A stretch of 64,000 nt of DNA, taken from Candidatus Aenigmatarchaeota archaeon. GTDB taxonomy: Archaea > Aenigmatarchaeota > Aenigmatarchaeia > PWEA01 > JACQIF01. The translations under genes and the position numbers were made by a program. The stretch lies in NCBI GenBank assembly GCA_016432325.1, contig CP066684.1:352001-416000 (forward strand), in the 5' to 3' direction. Positions 37,895 through 46,373 of the stretch are shown piece by piece. A model generated the notes under the pieces. The model saw nothing but the letters and a program-made list of their open reading frames with translations, did not search any database and had not been told where the DNA came from. The first letter of the stretch is position 1. Every line of letters starts with the position of its first letter.

Positions 37895-39028
37895 TTACCT
37901 TATCATGGGTATTCCGAGGCTGTCGGAGTACGACACCGAGGAGCTCTCCCTGGTTTCCGCGCGGCCCAGCACGTACGGGCTCTTCACGCCGGTCACAATC
38001 GTTATGACCTGCACGCGGCCGTTGAACTCAGGCAGTACGCGCGCTCCCCAGATGACCTGCGCTTCAGGGTTGAGGTGCTTTATCACGTACTCTCCAATGG
38101 TGTTGATCTCTTCCAGCTTCAGGTCTTCTCCGCCGATGACCTGCACAATCGCCCCGTTGCCTCCTGCAATGTCCGCTTCGAGCAAGGGGTGCTTCAGGGC
38201 TTTTGCCACGGCCTGCGAGGCGCGTGCGCCAGAGTCGTCGTCTCCTATGCCTATCAGAGCTACGCCACCCGAGTGCATTATCGCCTTCACGTCAGCGTAG
38301 TCCAGGTTCACGAGCGACGGCTGCGTTATGGTCTCTGTAAGACCCTTTATCATCGTCGATACGAGCTCGTCTGCGACAGCGAACGCCTGCTTTACGGGCA
38401 GGTCGCCTGCGTACTGCAGCAGCTTCTGGTTCTCTATCACGATTACCGTGTCTGCAGCCGCGCGGAGCCTTGAAAGGCCGTCTTCTGCCTTGTTTATGCG
38501 GGTTCCTTCCATCTTGAACGGCATCGTCACCGTCGCTATTACGATGGCGCCCATCTGTTTCGCGATTTCGGCCACAACAGGCGCGCAACCCGTTCCTGTT
38601 CCGCCACCGAGCCCTGTCGTTATGAAGAGCATGTCGCAGCCGTCGAGGGCTTCCTTTATCTCGCGCCTGCTCTCCTCCGCGGCCTTGCGGCCTACCTCAG
38701 GATATCCTCCTGCTCCGAGACCCTTGGTAAGTTCCTTTCCTATCAGAATCTTCTTGTGGGCCTTTATCGAAGACAAGTGTCTGGCGTCTGTGTTCAGCGC
38801 TATCGTGGACGCTCCTGATATTCCCATTTCGGTAAGCGTGTTTATCGTGTTTGAACCGCCGCCTCCGCAACCCGCAACAAGTATGCGTGCCTGGTGCATC
38901 TCGAGTCCGAACTCCTCGCTTATCTTCTGGGCGTCAGAGCCTGTCGGTCCGCCTGCCAGAGAAGCCTGCTTCTGTGTTCCAGCGGCGCCGAATGTTTTTT
39001 CGAATGCGTTCTGTATTATTGAATCCAT
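37895..39028 (-). CDS. ftsZ: Cell division protein FtsZ (FtsZ2 clade)
   Basis: GGGTGTG tubulin signature; ETITQPSLVNLDYAD. Confidence 0.95.
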   Translation of the reverse strand: MDSIIQNAFEKTFGAAGTQKQASLAGGPTGSDAQKISEEFGLEMHQARILVAGCGGGGSNTINTLTEMGISGASTIALNTDARHLSSIKAHKKILIGKELTKGLGAGGYPEVGRKAAEESRREIKEALDGCDMLFITTGLGGGTGTGCAPVVAEIAKQMGAIVIATVTMPFKMEGTRINKAEDGLSRLRAAADTVIVIENQKLLQYAGDLPVKQAFAVADELVSTMIKGLTETITQPSLVNLDYADVKAIMHSGGVALIGIGDDDSGARASQAVAKALKHPLLEADIAGGNGAIVQVIGGEDLKLEEINTIGEYVIKHLNPEAQVIWGARVLPEFNGRVQVITIVTGVKSPYVLGRAETRESSSVSYSDSLGIPMIR

Positions 39029-39163
39029 TTCAAATCCTCCCTCCTTTGTTTTTGATGACTTTTGGTGATCGTGAAGTTCTCACGGTCCCCCGATTTGTAG
39101 ACTGTAAAATATACTTTCGAGCGTAGATACGCTTTTTAAGTACCTTTTACAGACTATCCTCTA

Positions 39164-39323
39164 GAAGTTGTTTGCCCAAACTCTTCCGGACACTTGCCCA
39201 AGTGTTCTTCGTTACCAAATTCGGTGCGTGAAGGTTTCACGTGAACCCGTTGCCCAACGGGTGCAGTCCAATCGTTTGCCCGAACGAAGCGGATTGCGAG
39301 TGTGAAACACGGTTTCTGCACGG
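39164..39323 (+). ncRNA. Candidate structured ncRNA with four GCCC-tetraloop hairpins
   Basis: Four different stems closed by TT-GCCC-RA; TTTTAAG TATA about 25 nt upstream; T-rich 3' end. Confidence 0.55.
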
Positions 39324-39493
39324 TTTTAGTGTTTTTACTACCCGTGAGGACGCCTTATAAACATTTGTATAATGGAGAATATACATCCGACTAGACGAAT
39401 TGCAAATCGACAACTTACGAAGTTCTTGGAAAGCGAGGAAGTTCGAAACGCGTGCACATTCCGACAAAACGTGAAGGTTGCCGTCGCGCGGTC

Positions 39494-40069
39494 TTACTGT
39501 TTCTTCGGCCTTTCGAGCGCGTTGATTCTCTTGAGTTCACGCTCTATCTTGTCTATCGCGCGCTCGACGTCCGCGACGTTGCGCCCGCCTGTGCAAACTA
39601 TCTTCCCAGAGCCGAAAAGAAGGAACGCAACGTTGGGTTCGTCCATCCTGTAGACGAGGCCCGGGAACTGTTCGGGTTCGTATTCTGCATTCGGCAGGGA
39701 AAACGCTATCTCGTTAAGCTTGAGCGTGCCTTCGATGCGGGCCGAAGCCACTATATTCTCTATCCGTATCTTGGGCTTGTCGTTGATTTCGACCCCGATG
39801 CTCTTTATCGCTTCGATAACCTTGCCCATCGCTTTCCGCGCGAGCGCAGGCGAGCGGGCGCCTGTGCAGACGACCTTGCCGGAAGTGAATATCAGGGAAG
39901 CGGCCTTGGGCTCCTTCATGCGATAGACGAGGCCGGGGAACTGTTCGGGTTCGTATTCTGTGCCGGGAACCCTGGCGACAAGCTTGTTGAGCGGGACCTT
40001 GACGTTCAGAGTAGCTGACGCAACCACGTTTTCTATCCGAATATCCTTTGCCGTACGGATGCACCCCAA
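39494..40069 (-). CDS. tbp: TATA-box binding protein
   Basis: Two repeats IENVVAS...EYEPEQFPGLVYRM...SGK.VCTG. Confidence 0.97.
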   Translation of the reverse strand: MGCIRTAKDIRIENVVASATLNVKVPLNKLVARVPGTEYEPEQFPGLVYRMKEPKAASLIFTSGKVVCTGARSPALARKAMGKVIEAIKSIGVEINDKPKIRIENIVASARIEGTLKLNEIAFSLPNAEYEPEQFPGLVYRMDEPNVAFLLFGSGKIVCTGGRNVADVERAIDKIERELKRINALERPKKQ

Positions 40070-40171
40070 AGAACTGAGGGTATATAAAGGGTAGGGTATT
40101 TAAAGGCCGCGGACGGGCATGATTTGACCACTTACAAATGACTATTTAAGCGTTTGGTTGTTCTTTAAGCT

Positions 40172-40558
40172 GTGGCAAAACCGCGATCGAACAGACACCT
40201 GAAAATGAACGAACTCTTGCGTCAAGAAGGACCTATGTTCCACGACGACCTGTCAAAAGCACTCGGTATTAACACGGTCTCCCGCCTGTCTCAGGTGTTC
40301 ATGGATGGCAGGCTGGAAGGCCTGCATGTGGACCGCTTCCTCTACACAATAGGCAAGCAGTTTGGGATTTACTGGTCTACCGGCAACGGCTCTTACAATG
40401 AACGGATGGATAACGTTAACCGTGCCGATGCCGCGGATATGGTGGAACGCAGGATAGGCGCGCCGATAAAGGGCTACCGCGAAAGCCACTTTGCATATCT
40501 AATCCGCGGTCTCAAACGCACCGAAAGCGGCGTGTGGGTCGTGGATGAAGAAGCCTAA
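40172..40558 (+). CDS. Hypothetical protein, possible N-terminal HTH
   Basis: ELLRQEGPMFHDDLSKALG pattern. Confidence 0.55.
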   Translation: MAKPRSNRHLKMNELLRQEGPMFHDDLSKALGINTVSRLSQVFMDGRLEGLHVDRFLYTIGKQFGIYWSTGNGSYNERMDNVNRADAADMVERRIGAPIKGYRESHFAYLIRGLKRTESGVWVVDEEA

Positions 40559-40941
40559 GTCTCGTCAGCAAAGTCCTTGAGCGTCCGCTCACCAAGAAAC
40601 TTCTTCCTCGCGCCTTCCATCGTTCCGGATACGCCCAGAGAGTGGGGTATCACGCGGACGCCGCCTATGCTCGTTATCAGGGCCAGCGCGACGCGCACGT
40701 TCTCTACCTGCACATGGCCACAACGCACGAGGCCGCGCTGCCGCTTCTCGTCCCAGGCGTCCTTGACGAACCATACGTTCGTGCGCGCTGTCCCGAGCTC
40801 GCCCAGAAGAGTCAAAAGCGCATTCCAGAAGGCGTCCACTATCGCATCAAACCTGAGAGGCTTCTCGCTTATGATTTCAAAAGCCAGGTAGCGCTTCTTC
40901 TCGCGCAGGGTAGGAGGAAGCGTTTTCGGTTTGTCCGCCAT
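40555..40941 (-). CDS. rnp2: RNase P protein component 2 (Pop5)
   Basis: PTLREKKRYLAFE, LGELG, GVSGT. Confidence 0.93.
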   Translation of the reverse strand: MADKPKTLPPTLREKKRYLAFEIISEKPLRFDAIVDAFWNALLTLLGELGTARTNVWFVKDAWDEKRQRGLVRCGHVQVENVRVALALITSIGGVRVIPHSLGVSGTMEGARKKFLGERTLKDFADET

Positions 40942-40996
40942 TTACTGGTCACCTCTAATTCTTCCGAGCTGTAAAATTGAAACCGAAGGTTTCATA

Positions 40997-41704
40997 TTAC
41001 TCCTCGACCTCCACGCCCTTGTACAGTATCTTGCCTGCCAGCTTCTTCTTGTTCGCCTGCACGCGCGCCTCGCAGGTGTCGCTCACGGCGCGCATGGACT
41101 CCTCCAGGGTCAGCCCGAGAATCTGCGCCAGGGCCGCGAGTTCACGGGGATCGCGCAACCCCCACGCGTCCTTTGCGCCTGAAGTGACCACGATGGGCGT
41201 GCCGAACTCCTTGCAGAGCATCACGTTGCGTTCCATGTGGTTCAGGACGTGCGTGCGGACGCGCTTGTATGTCGTCAGAAGCTCCCCCATATTCAATTCG
41301 AGCGCAACGCCGTTCTGGGCCGCGCTCTGCGTGACCACGTGGTCTATGCCAGAGTCTACGCGCTTGAACTCGGGATGCGCTATGACGTCGACGCGGCCGT
41401 CTTCGGCCGCGGCCCTGTTTATCGCGTAGTCCCCGCCTGAAACAAGCACGAGCTCTGCGATTTCCCTGTACTTCGCAAGGGCGCGCTTCAGGGTCTTTAT
41501 CGAATCGGCCTGTATTTCCACGGCACCGACAAGCTCGAGGCCGCTTTTCTGCGAGGCGTCGCGCAGACGTTTCCTGAGCTCCCTGAAAGCGTCGAATTTC
41601 TGGTGGTATTCGACGACAGCGAGTCCTGAGAATCCGAGTGTCGCGGCTACCTCGACCGTCTTTTCCAGATCCTGCGCGTGAACGTGCAAGTCATAGAATT
41701 TCAT
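40997..41704 (-). CDS. rnp3: RNase P protein component 3 (Rpp30)
   Basis: FYDLHVH, GGD..INRAA, DHV, TSGA...LRDPRE. Confidence 0.93.
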   Translation of the reverse strand: MKFYDLHVHAQDLEKTVEVAATLGFSGLAVVEYHQKFDAFRELRKRLRDASQKSGLELVGAVEIQADSIKTLKRALAKYREIAELVLVSGGDYAINRAAAEDGRVDVIAHPEFKRVDSGIDHVVTQSAAQNGVALELNMGELLTTYKRVRTHVLNHMERNVMLCKEFGTPIVVTSGAKDAWGLRDPRELAALAQILGLTLEESMRAVSDTCEARVQANKKKLAGKILYKGVEVEE

Positions 41705-41927
41705 TCTATGTTTCCCTCACAGAGTTCGTGAACTCATAAATTTGCATACGTGCGGCTACCCCACAGATTGTTAATGTGAAGAGCCTCTTAAATAACCAAA
41801 AATCTGCCGGGAAACCTGTCCGATATCTTTTTATACTCGGATTGCAACGCATATAATTCTCAAACGCTTCGCGCAAGCGAGGAGAAAAAAAGGAAATGTC
41901 AGAAGAAGGCAATTCCACAGCGGAAGA

Positions 41928-41978
41928 TTTTCGAACATCCTCGAGTGTTCGAAATACTTCGAACCGCCGGTTCGAAGA
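41928..41978. repeat. Double-hairpin palindromic element (copy 3)
   Basis: 51 nt bounded by AAGA repeats; TTTCGAACA/TGTTCGAAA and CTTCGAACC/GGTTCGAAG. Confidence 0.75.
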
Positions 41979-42027
41979 GCACTGTAGTTTCATTCTAGAG
42001 CTCGGCATTTATTAAAGGTGAATTCTC

Positions 42028-42621
42028 ATGGTCAAACATCTCAAACTTGCTTCTCGACTCCAAGGTGCGTGGGAAACCGGACTGACCGGAGAAAAAATAT
42101 CCATAGGCTGCCGCGTTCCCAAGGAATTCTTCGTCACGAGCGGCGCGGGAGAGAGCGACATAACGATACACGCGGGCTCTTTCGACGAGGCGATGCGCGA
42201 CGCGGGAATAGAGAACTACAACCTGATGCACTACTCCTCCATAATGCCCGCGGGCGCGGTCGAAGTCGAGCGCCCGGAAGGCGCTGTGCACGGCTCCGTT
42301 CTGGAGACGATAATGGCCGTCTCCAACAGCGAGACAGGCGTGCGCGCCACGGCCGGCGTCGTGATGGGTTGGGTCTACGACAAGCGCACAGGCAAGAAGA
42401 TCGGAGGGCTCGTCGCGGAACACAACAGCCACGAAGACGAGGAGCACGCCGTGCGGATGCTGCGCGCGAGCGTAGAGAACATGTTCAAGAACAGATACGG
42501 CAACGAAGCGGAATTGCGAGACGTGCGCATCGTGACAAAGAGCATTGTGCCTGAAAAGCGCTATGGCACGGCCATGGTAGTCGTCGGTTTCACCAGTTAT
42601 GAAGTGCCTGTCCTGAATTAG
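42028..42621 (+). CDS. pdaD: Pyruvoyl-dependent arginine decarboxylase
   Basis: SFD.A..DAGIENYNL..YSSIMP (Ser-Ser autocleavage site). Confidence 0.9.
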   Translation: MVKHLKLASRLQGAWETGLTGEKISIGCRVPKEFFVTSGAGESDITIHAGSFDEAMRDAGIENYNLMHYSSIMPAGAVEVERPEGAVHGSVLETIMAVSNSETGVRATAGVVMGWVYDKRTGKKIGGLVAEHNSHEDEEHAVRMLRASVENMFKNRYGNEAELRDVRIVTKSIVPEKRYGTAMVVVGFTSYEVPVLN

Positions 42622-42899
42622 TACCAGTCGACTTCGGGGCCTTTAACGTGTCTCTCCTGTTCGTGGGGCTGACAAGCCTTCTGGAGCTGGACCAGACTGA
42701 CGTGATGCATGGCCATAGCATAGGAGAACGCATCTATCTGTTTTAGCATCTCGGCAACCCGATATCCCAGATCTTCCATTTCCCCACTGGACACCGATGC
42801 GCGAGGACCATAGATAAACATGACTACGTCGCTAGCCGTAGTGCCTGTTTTGAGATTTTCGAAACCACAGTTTCGAATACTCAGAATCGGCGCATTCAT
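42618..42899 (-). CDS. Hypothetical protein, 5' part runs through the repeat element
   Basis: ATG overlaps rpl15e stop; no motif. Confidence 0.35.
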   Translation of the reverse strand: MNAPILSIRNCGFENLKTGTTASDVVMFIYGPRASVSSGEMEDLGYRVAEMLKQIDAFSYAMAMHHVSLVQLQKACQPHEQERHVKGPEVDWY

Positions 42900-42919
42900 C
42901 CATAGTGCCGATTCTGAGA
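42856..42919. repeat. Double-hairpin element at rpl15e 3' end (copy 4), carrying a recoded copy of the gene end
   Basis: Bounded by TGAGA repeats; TTCGAAAC/GTTTCGAA and a 14-bp second stem. Confidence 0.75.
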
Positions 42920-43465
42920 CGGGCGCACTTTCTCCGCGCCTTTGCCGACGCTTCTCATGCCGCGCGACTTCCTTCCCGCAGACGTCAAGCCACGGAATAC
43001 GCGCCCCCTATTGGCTCCGTCAACGACCCACGAGACGTCACGGTCGCTGCGCACCGCCGGATGCGAATAGTCGACGAGAACAATCTCATACCACTCGCTC
43101 TTGCCGTCGCGGCCGACCCAGTATGAATTCAGGACTTCCAGATTGACAAACTTCTTCGCGGCGCGCTCTTCGGCAATCCACTGGTGCGACTTCTTCGGAG
43201 TTGCCCAGCGGCCCATGCTCCTCGGTTTGCGACCGCCCGACCAAGAGGGCTTCTTGCGGCCGCCGACATCGACGCGCACGCGCGCCATGACAAAGCCGGA
43301 CTTCGCCTTGTAGCCCAGCGCACGCGCGCGGTCTATCCGGGTGGGACGTTCGATGCGCGTAACTGTGTTTTCGGAACGCCATTTGATAAGTCTCTGTTTC
43401 CAAAGCTCTCCGAGCGCTTCTTGCGGCTTGTTCCATTTCTCTGCCACATACTTGTAGAATCCCAT
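42896..43465 (-). CDS. rpl15e: 50S ribosomal protein L15e
   Basis: [37 protein letters not shown]. Confidence 0.96.
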   Translation of the reverse strand: MGFYKYVAEKWNKPQEALGELWKQRLIKWRSENTVTRIERPTRIDRARALGYKAKSGFVMARVRVDVGGRKKPSWSGGRKPRSMGRWATPKKSHQWIAEERAAKKFVNLEVLNSYWVGRDGKSEWYEIVLVDYSHPAVRSDRDVSWVVDGANRGRVFRGLTSAGRKSRGMRSVGKGAEKVRPSQNRHYG

Positions 43466-43633
43466 CGTATACACCTCTTTTGGTTTGCGACCAATCCTTC
43501 AGGCGTGCACGCCCACATCGGAGGTTTAGTGTAGTGAAAACCCAAGCTTTATATAGACGGCGGGACGTAGCAAAAACCATGGGAGCCGCATGAAACTGAA
43601 GTTTCAAAGCTCCCATGAAGAATTGGTGATGTC

Positions 43634-43849
43634 ATGGGAGCCGCGCTGAAGTTCGTGTTCGGGCTTGTCTTGCTTCTTGTGGGACTCTACCTGATCGCGC
43701 CGATCGAGATACTCTCCAAACCTGCGCTGTTCGACTGGTACGGACCGTTCGTGGCTTTGGCCAAGGGCGCGATACCTCCTTTCCTCATACTGCTCGGCAC
43801 GCTCATCGTGTGGATTGAAGGCGAAGAGCTGAAGAGCGGGAAGAAGTAA
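43634..43849 (+). CDS. Small two-TM hypothetical protein
   Basis: GGTGA RBS; two TMs and WIEGEELK tail. Confidence 0.7.
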   Translation: MGAALKFVFGLVLLLVGLYLIAPIEILSKPALFDWYGPFVALAKGAIPPFLILLGTLIVWIEGEELKSGKK

Positions 43850-43888
43850 GAGGTATAAATCCTTTATTGTCGTATTCTCCGTGTAACC

Positions 43889-45007
43889 ATGATATATGCA
43901 GATTCTGGAGTTGACATCGAACTCGGGGACGACGTGTCGAAGGTTCTTTACGAGGCGGCAAAGCATACATGGAACAACCGCAAGGGCCGTCTTGGAGAAG
44001 TCGTGGAACTTTTCGAAGATTTCTCGGGCCTAAGAGCCGTCAACGTAGGCGGTCTTCCAGCAGACGCGTACATGAGCCTGGGATTCGATGGTGTCGGAAC
44101 CAAGATGGAAATCGGCGAGAGGATATCAAAGCACGATACGGTCGCCTATGACCTGTTCGCGATGGTGTGCGACGACGCCGTCGTGCGCGGTGCCGAGCCA
44201 GTTCTTATCGGCTCCATTCTCGATGTCCGCAGCCTCGGGGAAGAAGACAATTCTTACATGAAGTTTGTCAAGCAGCTCGCCACTGGATACATAGGCGCCG
44301 CCAAGGAGGCCAACGTCGCCGTAGTCAATGGAGAAGTCGCCGAGCTCGGCGCGCGCGTCAGCGGTTACGGGTCTTTCAACTACAACTGGGGAGCCGGCGT
44401 CGCCTGGTTCGCCAGAAGGAACCGAATGTTCACGGGCCGTGAAATAGTGGAAGGCGACTATCTCGTCGGCCTCCGTGAAGAAGGATTCAGGTCCAACGGA
44501 CTGTCGCTCGTAAGGAGGATTATGAAAAAGGCGCACGGCGATGACTGGCACGAGGAGAAGCACAACGGCAAGAATTTGGCCGAACTCGCCCTTCATCCCT
44601 CCCGCATTTACACTGGCGCGGCCGTCGAAATGTTTGGAGGATTTGACTGGAAACCTCGAGCGTCCGTCCACGGAATCGCGCATATAACAGGTGGCGGTGT
44701 CCCTGGCAAACTCGGAAGGGTTCTAAAGCCCAGAGGCTTGGGCGCGAACATAACAGACCCGTTTGAGCCGGCGGACCTAATGCTCCACTGCCAGGAGATT
44801 GGAGATGTAACGGACGCAGAAGCCTACAGAACCTGGAATATGGGACAGGGCATGATAGTCATAACAGACGAACCAGAAGACGTCGAACGTGTTGCCAAGA
44901 AGCGCCGGATAAACGCTAGGCGCATAGGCAGAGTATCCGCACGACCGGGCATACAGATAGCGAGCAAGGGACTAAACGCGAAAAAAGACGGCGTACTCTC
45001 GTTCTGA
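43889..45007 (+). CDS. purM: AIR synthase (phosphoribosylformylglycinamidine cyclo-ligase)
   Basis: YADSGVDI, DGVGTK, GEVAE, SNGLSL, HITGGG, TWNMGQGM. Confidence 0.9.
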   Translation: MIYADSGVDIELGDDVSKVLYEAAKHTWNNRKGRLGEVVELFEDFSGLRAVNVGGLPADAYMSLGFDGVGTKMEIGERISKHDTVAYDLFAMVCDDAVVRGAEPVLIGSILDVRSLGEEDNSYMKFVKQLATGYIGAAKEANVAVVNGEVAELGARVSGYGSFNYNWGAGVAWFARRNRMFTGREIVEGDYLVGLREEGFRSNGLSLVRRIMKKAHGDDWHEEKHNGKNLAELALHPSRIYTGAAVEMFGGFDWKPRASVHGIAHITGGGVPGKLGRVLKPRGLGANITDPFEPADLMLHCQEIGDVTDAEAYRTWNMGQGMIVITDEPEDVERVAKKRRINARRIGRVSARPGIQIASKGLNAKKDGVLSF

Positions 45008-45063
45008 CGGAATAGCGGCACGCCACACGTTCGGCTTATTATCTTTCTCTGCATAATGTTTCT

Positions 45064-46353
45064 ATGAAAGTCATTCCCGCGTCCCTGTGCGTCCGCTGCA
45101 AAGGCGGCAAGAATCTATGCGGTCTCGGTTACTGCCCCCTTCTCTCGCGCGTCCGGCTGAAGCCCACGTTCGACGCAACGCTCAAGGAGGAGTTCTTCGG
45201 TCCCAGCACGAACGTCTTTGTCGGGAGGTACGGCTACCCGCGCGTCAACGTCGGGCCTCTCAGCGTCATACAGATGGGCGATACCGACATGGACGTGATA
45301 GATGACCCTTCCAAATGGTTCGGGATGCCTTATCAGAAAATAATAGAGATGCGCTCCCTGATGATGCGTTCTGAGAAAAGAAACGAAGTCCGCGCGCGTA
45401 CGCGCTACGTGGAGGAAAACCAGTTGCTCGCTCTCGCGCAGAAGCCCGTGGACGTCGAACTCCATTTCAAGAAGAAACCCGTCTACAAGATGGACTTCTC
45501 CGACGTACACCAGCCGATGGGCCCGAGCGCGCGGCTGCAGGAGATGAAGATTGCCGGAAACGTAAGCGTGTCTCGCGCCGTCGAAGGCGTAACGAACGAC
45601 GAGTTGAAGGCGCGCGAAGCGATGGTAACGCTTTACCAGAAGGACGAGAGCGTCTACAAGATAATGGCCGTGCTTTCCTCAGGCGCGCTGGGCGTGCGCG
45701 ACAAGAAGCTCGTGCCGACGAGGTGGTCCATAACGGCGGTCGACGACACGCTGTCGAAGCACCTGCTCCAAAGCGTGCGGACGTACGCGCCGATAAACGA
45801 GTATCGCGTTTACGAGTCAGAATTCCTTTACAACCGTTTGTGCGTGCTCCTCGCGCCGGGCTCGTGGGAGTACGAAGCGTTCGAATCGTGGGCGCCTGGC
45901 TCGATGTGGGCGCGTTTCGCCAAGGAGTACTACATCATAGAGGAGTACGAATCGCATGAGGGTCGCAGCGACTACGCGGACGAGATGGGAGGATGCTACT
46001 ATTCGACTCGGCTGGCCGTGGCCGAAGCGCTCGCCGCGGAACGCCGACAGGCCCGTTGCATAGCCTTCCGCGAGGTGGACGACGGTTACATAATTCCGGT
46101 TGGGGTGTGGCAGGTCCGCGAGAACGTAAGAAACGCGATGCGCTCGGCGCCGCGGCGCTTCGCCACTCTCGAAGAAGCGTTAACGTACATACAAACCAGG
46201 ATGAAGATTCCTATGGACGCGTACAAGAAGCGGTCGCGCATTCTTGTGCAAAAGAGGCTGTCGGACTTCACGAGCAAAAGAGTGAAGCCCGAAACGGCAA
46301 CTTGGGAGGATTCCGTATCAATTGCACGAAGCGAACCGAGAAGCCTTAAATAA
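45064..46353 (+). CDS. nreA: Nre family DNA repair protein (DUF650/651)
   Basis: CVRCKG...LCG..CP, FVGRYGYP, LVPTRWSITAVDD, VGVWQVRE, PIP-like QKRLSDF. Confidence 0.88.
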   Translation: MKVIPASLCVRCKGGKNLCGLGYCPLLSRVRLKPTFDATLKEEFFGPSTNVFVGRYGYPRVNVGPLSVIQMGDTDMDVIDDPSKWFGMPYQKIIEMRSLMMRSEKRNEVRARTRYVEENQLLALAQKPVDVELHFKKKPVYKMDFSDVHQPMGPSARLQEMKIAGNVSVSRAVEGVTNDELKAREAMVTLYQKDESVYKIMAVLSSGALGVRDKKLVPTRWSITAVDDTLSKHLLQSVRTYAPINEYRVYESEFLYNRLCVLLAPGSWEYEAFESWAPGSMWARFAKEYYIIEEYESHEGRSDYADEMGGCYYSTRLAVAEALAAERRQARCIAFREVDDGYIIPVGVWQVRENVRNAMRSAPRRFATLEEALTYIQTRMKIPMDAYKKRSRILVQKRLSDFTSKRVKPETATWEDSVSIARSEPRSLK

Positions 46354-46373
46354 GTTCCCTCGCATTCACACTC

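Noticed and set aside
39435-39497. GAGGAAGTTCG as the start of RNase P RNA
   Set aside because: Only about 60 nt before the tbp 3' end, and no P4 partner or other conserved regions found.
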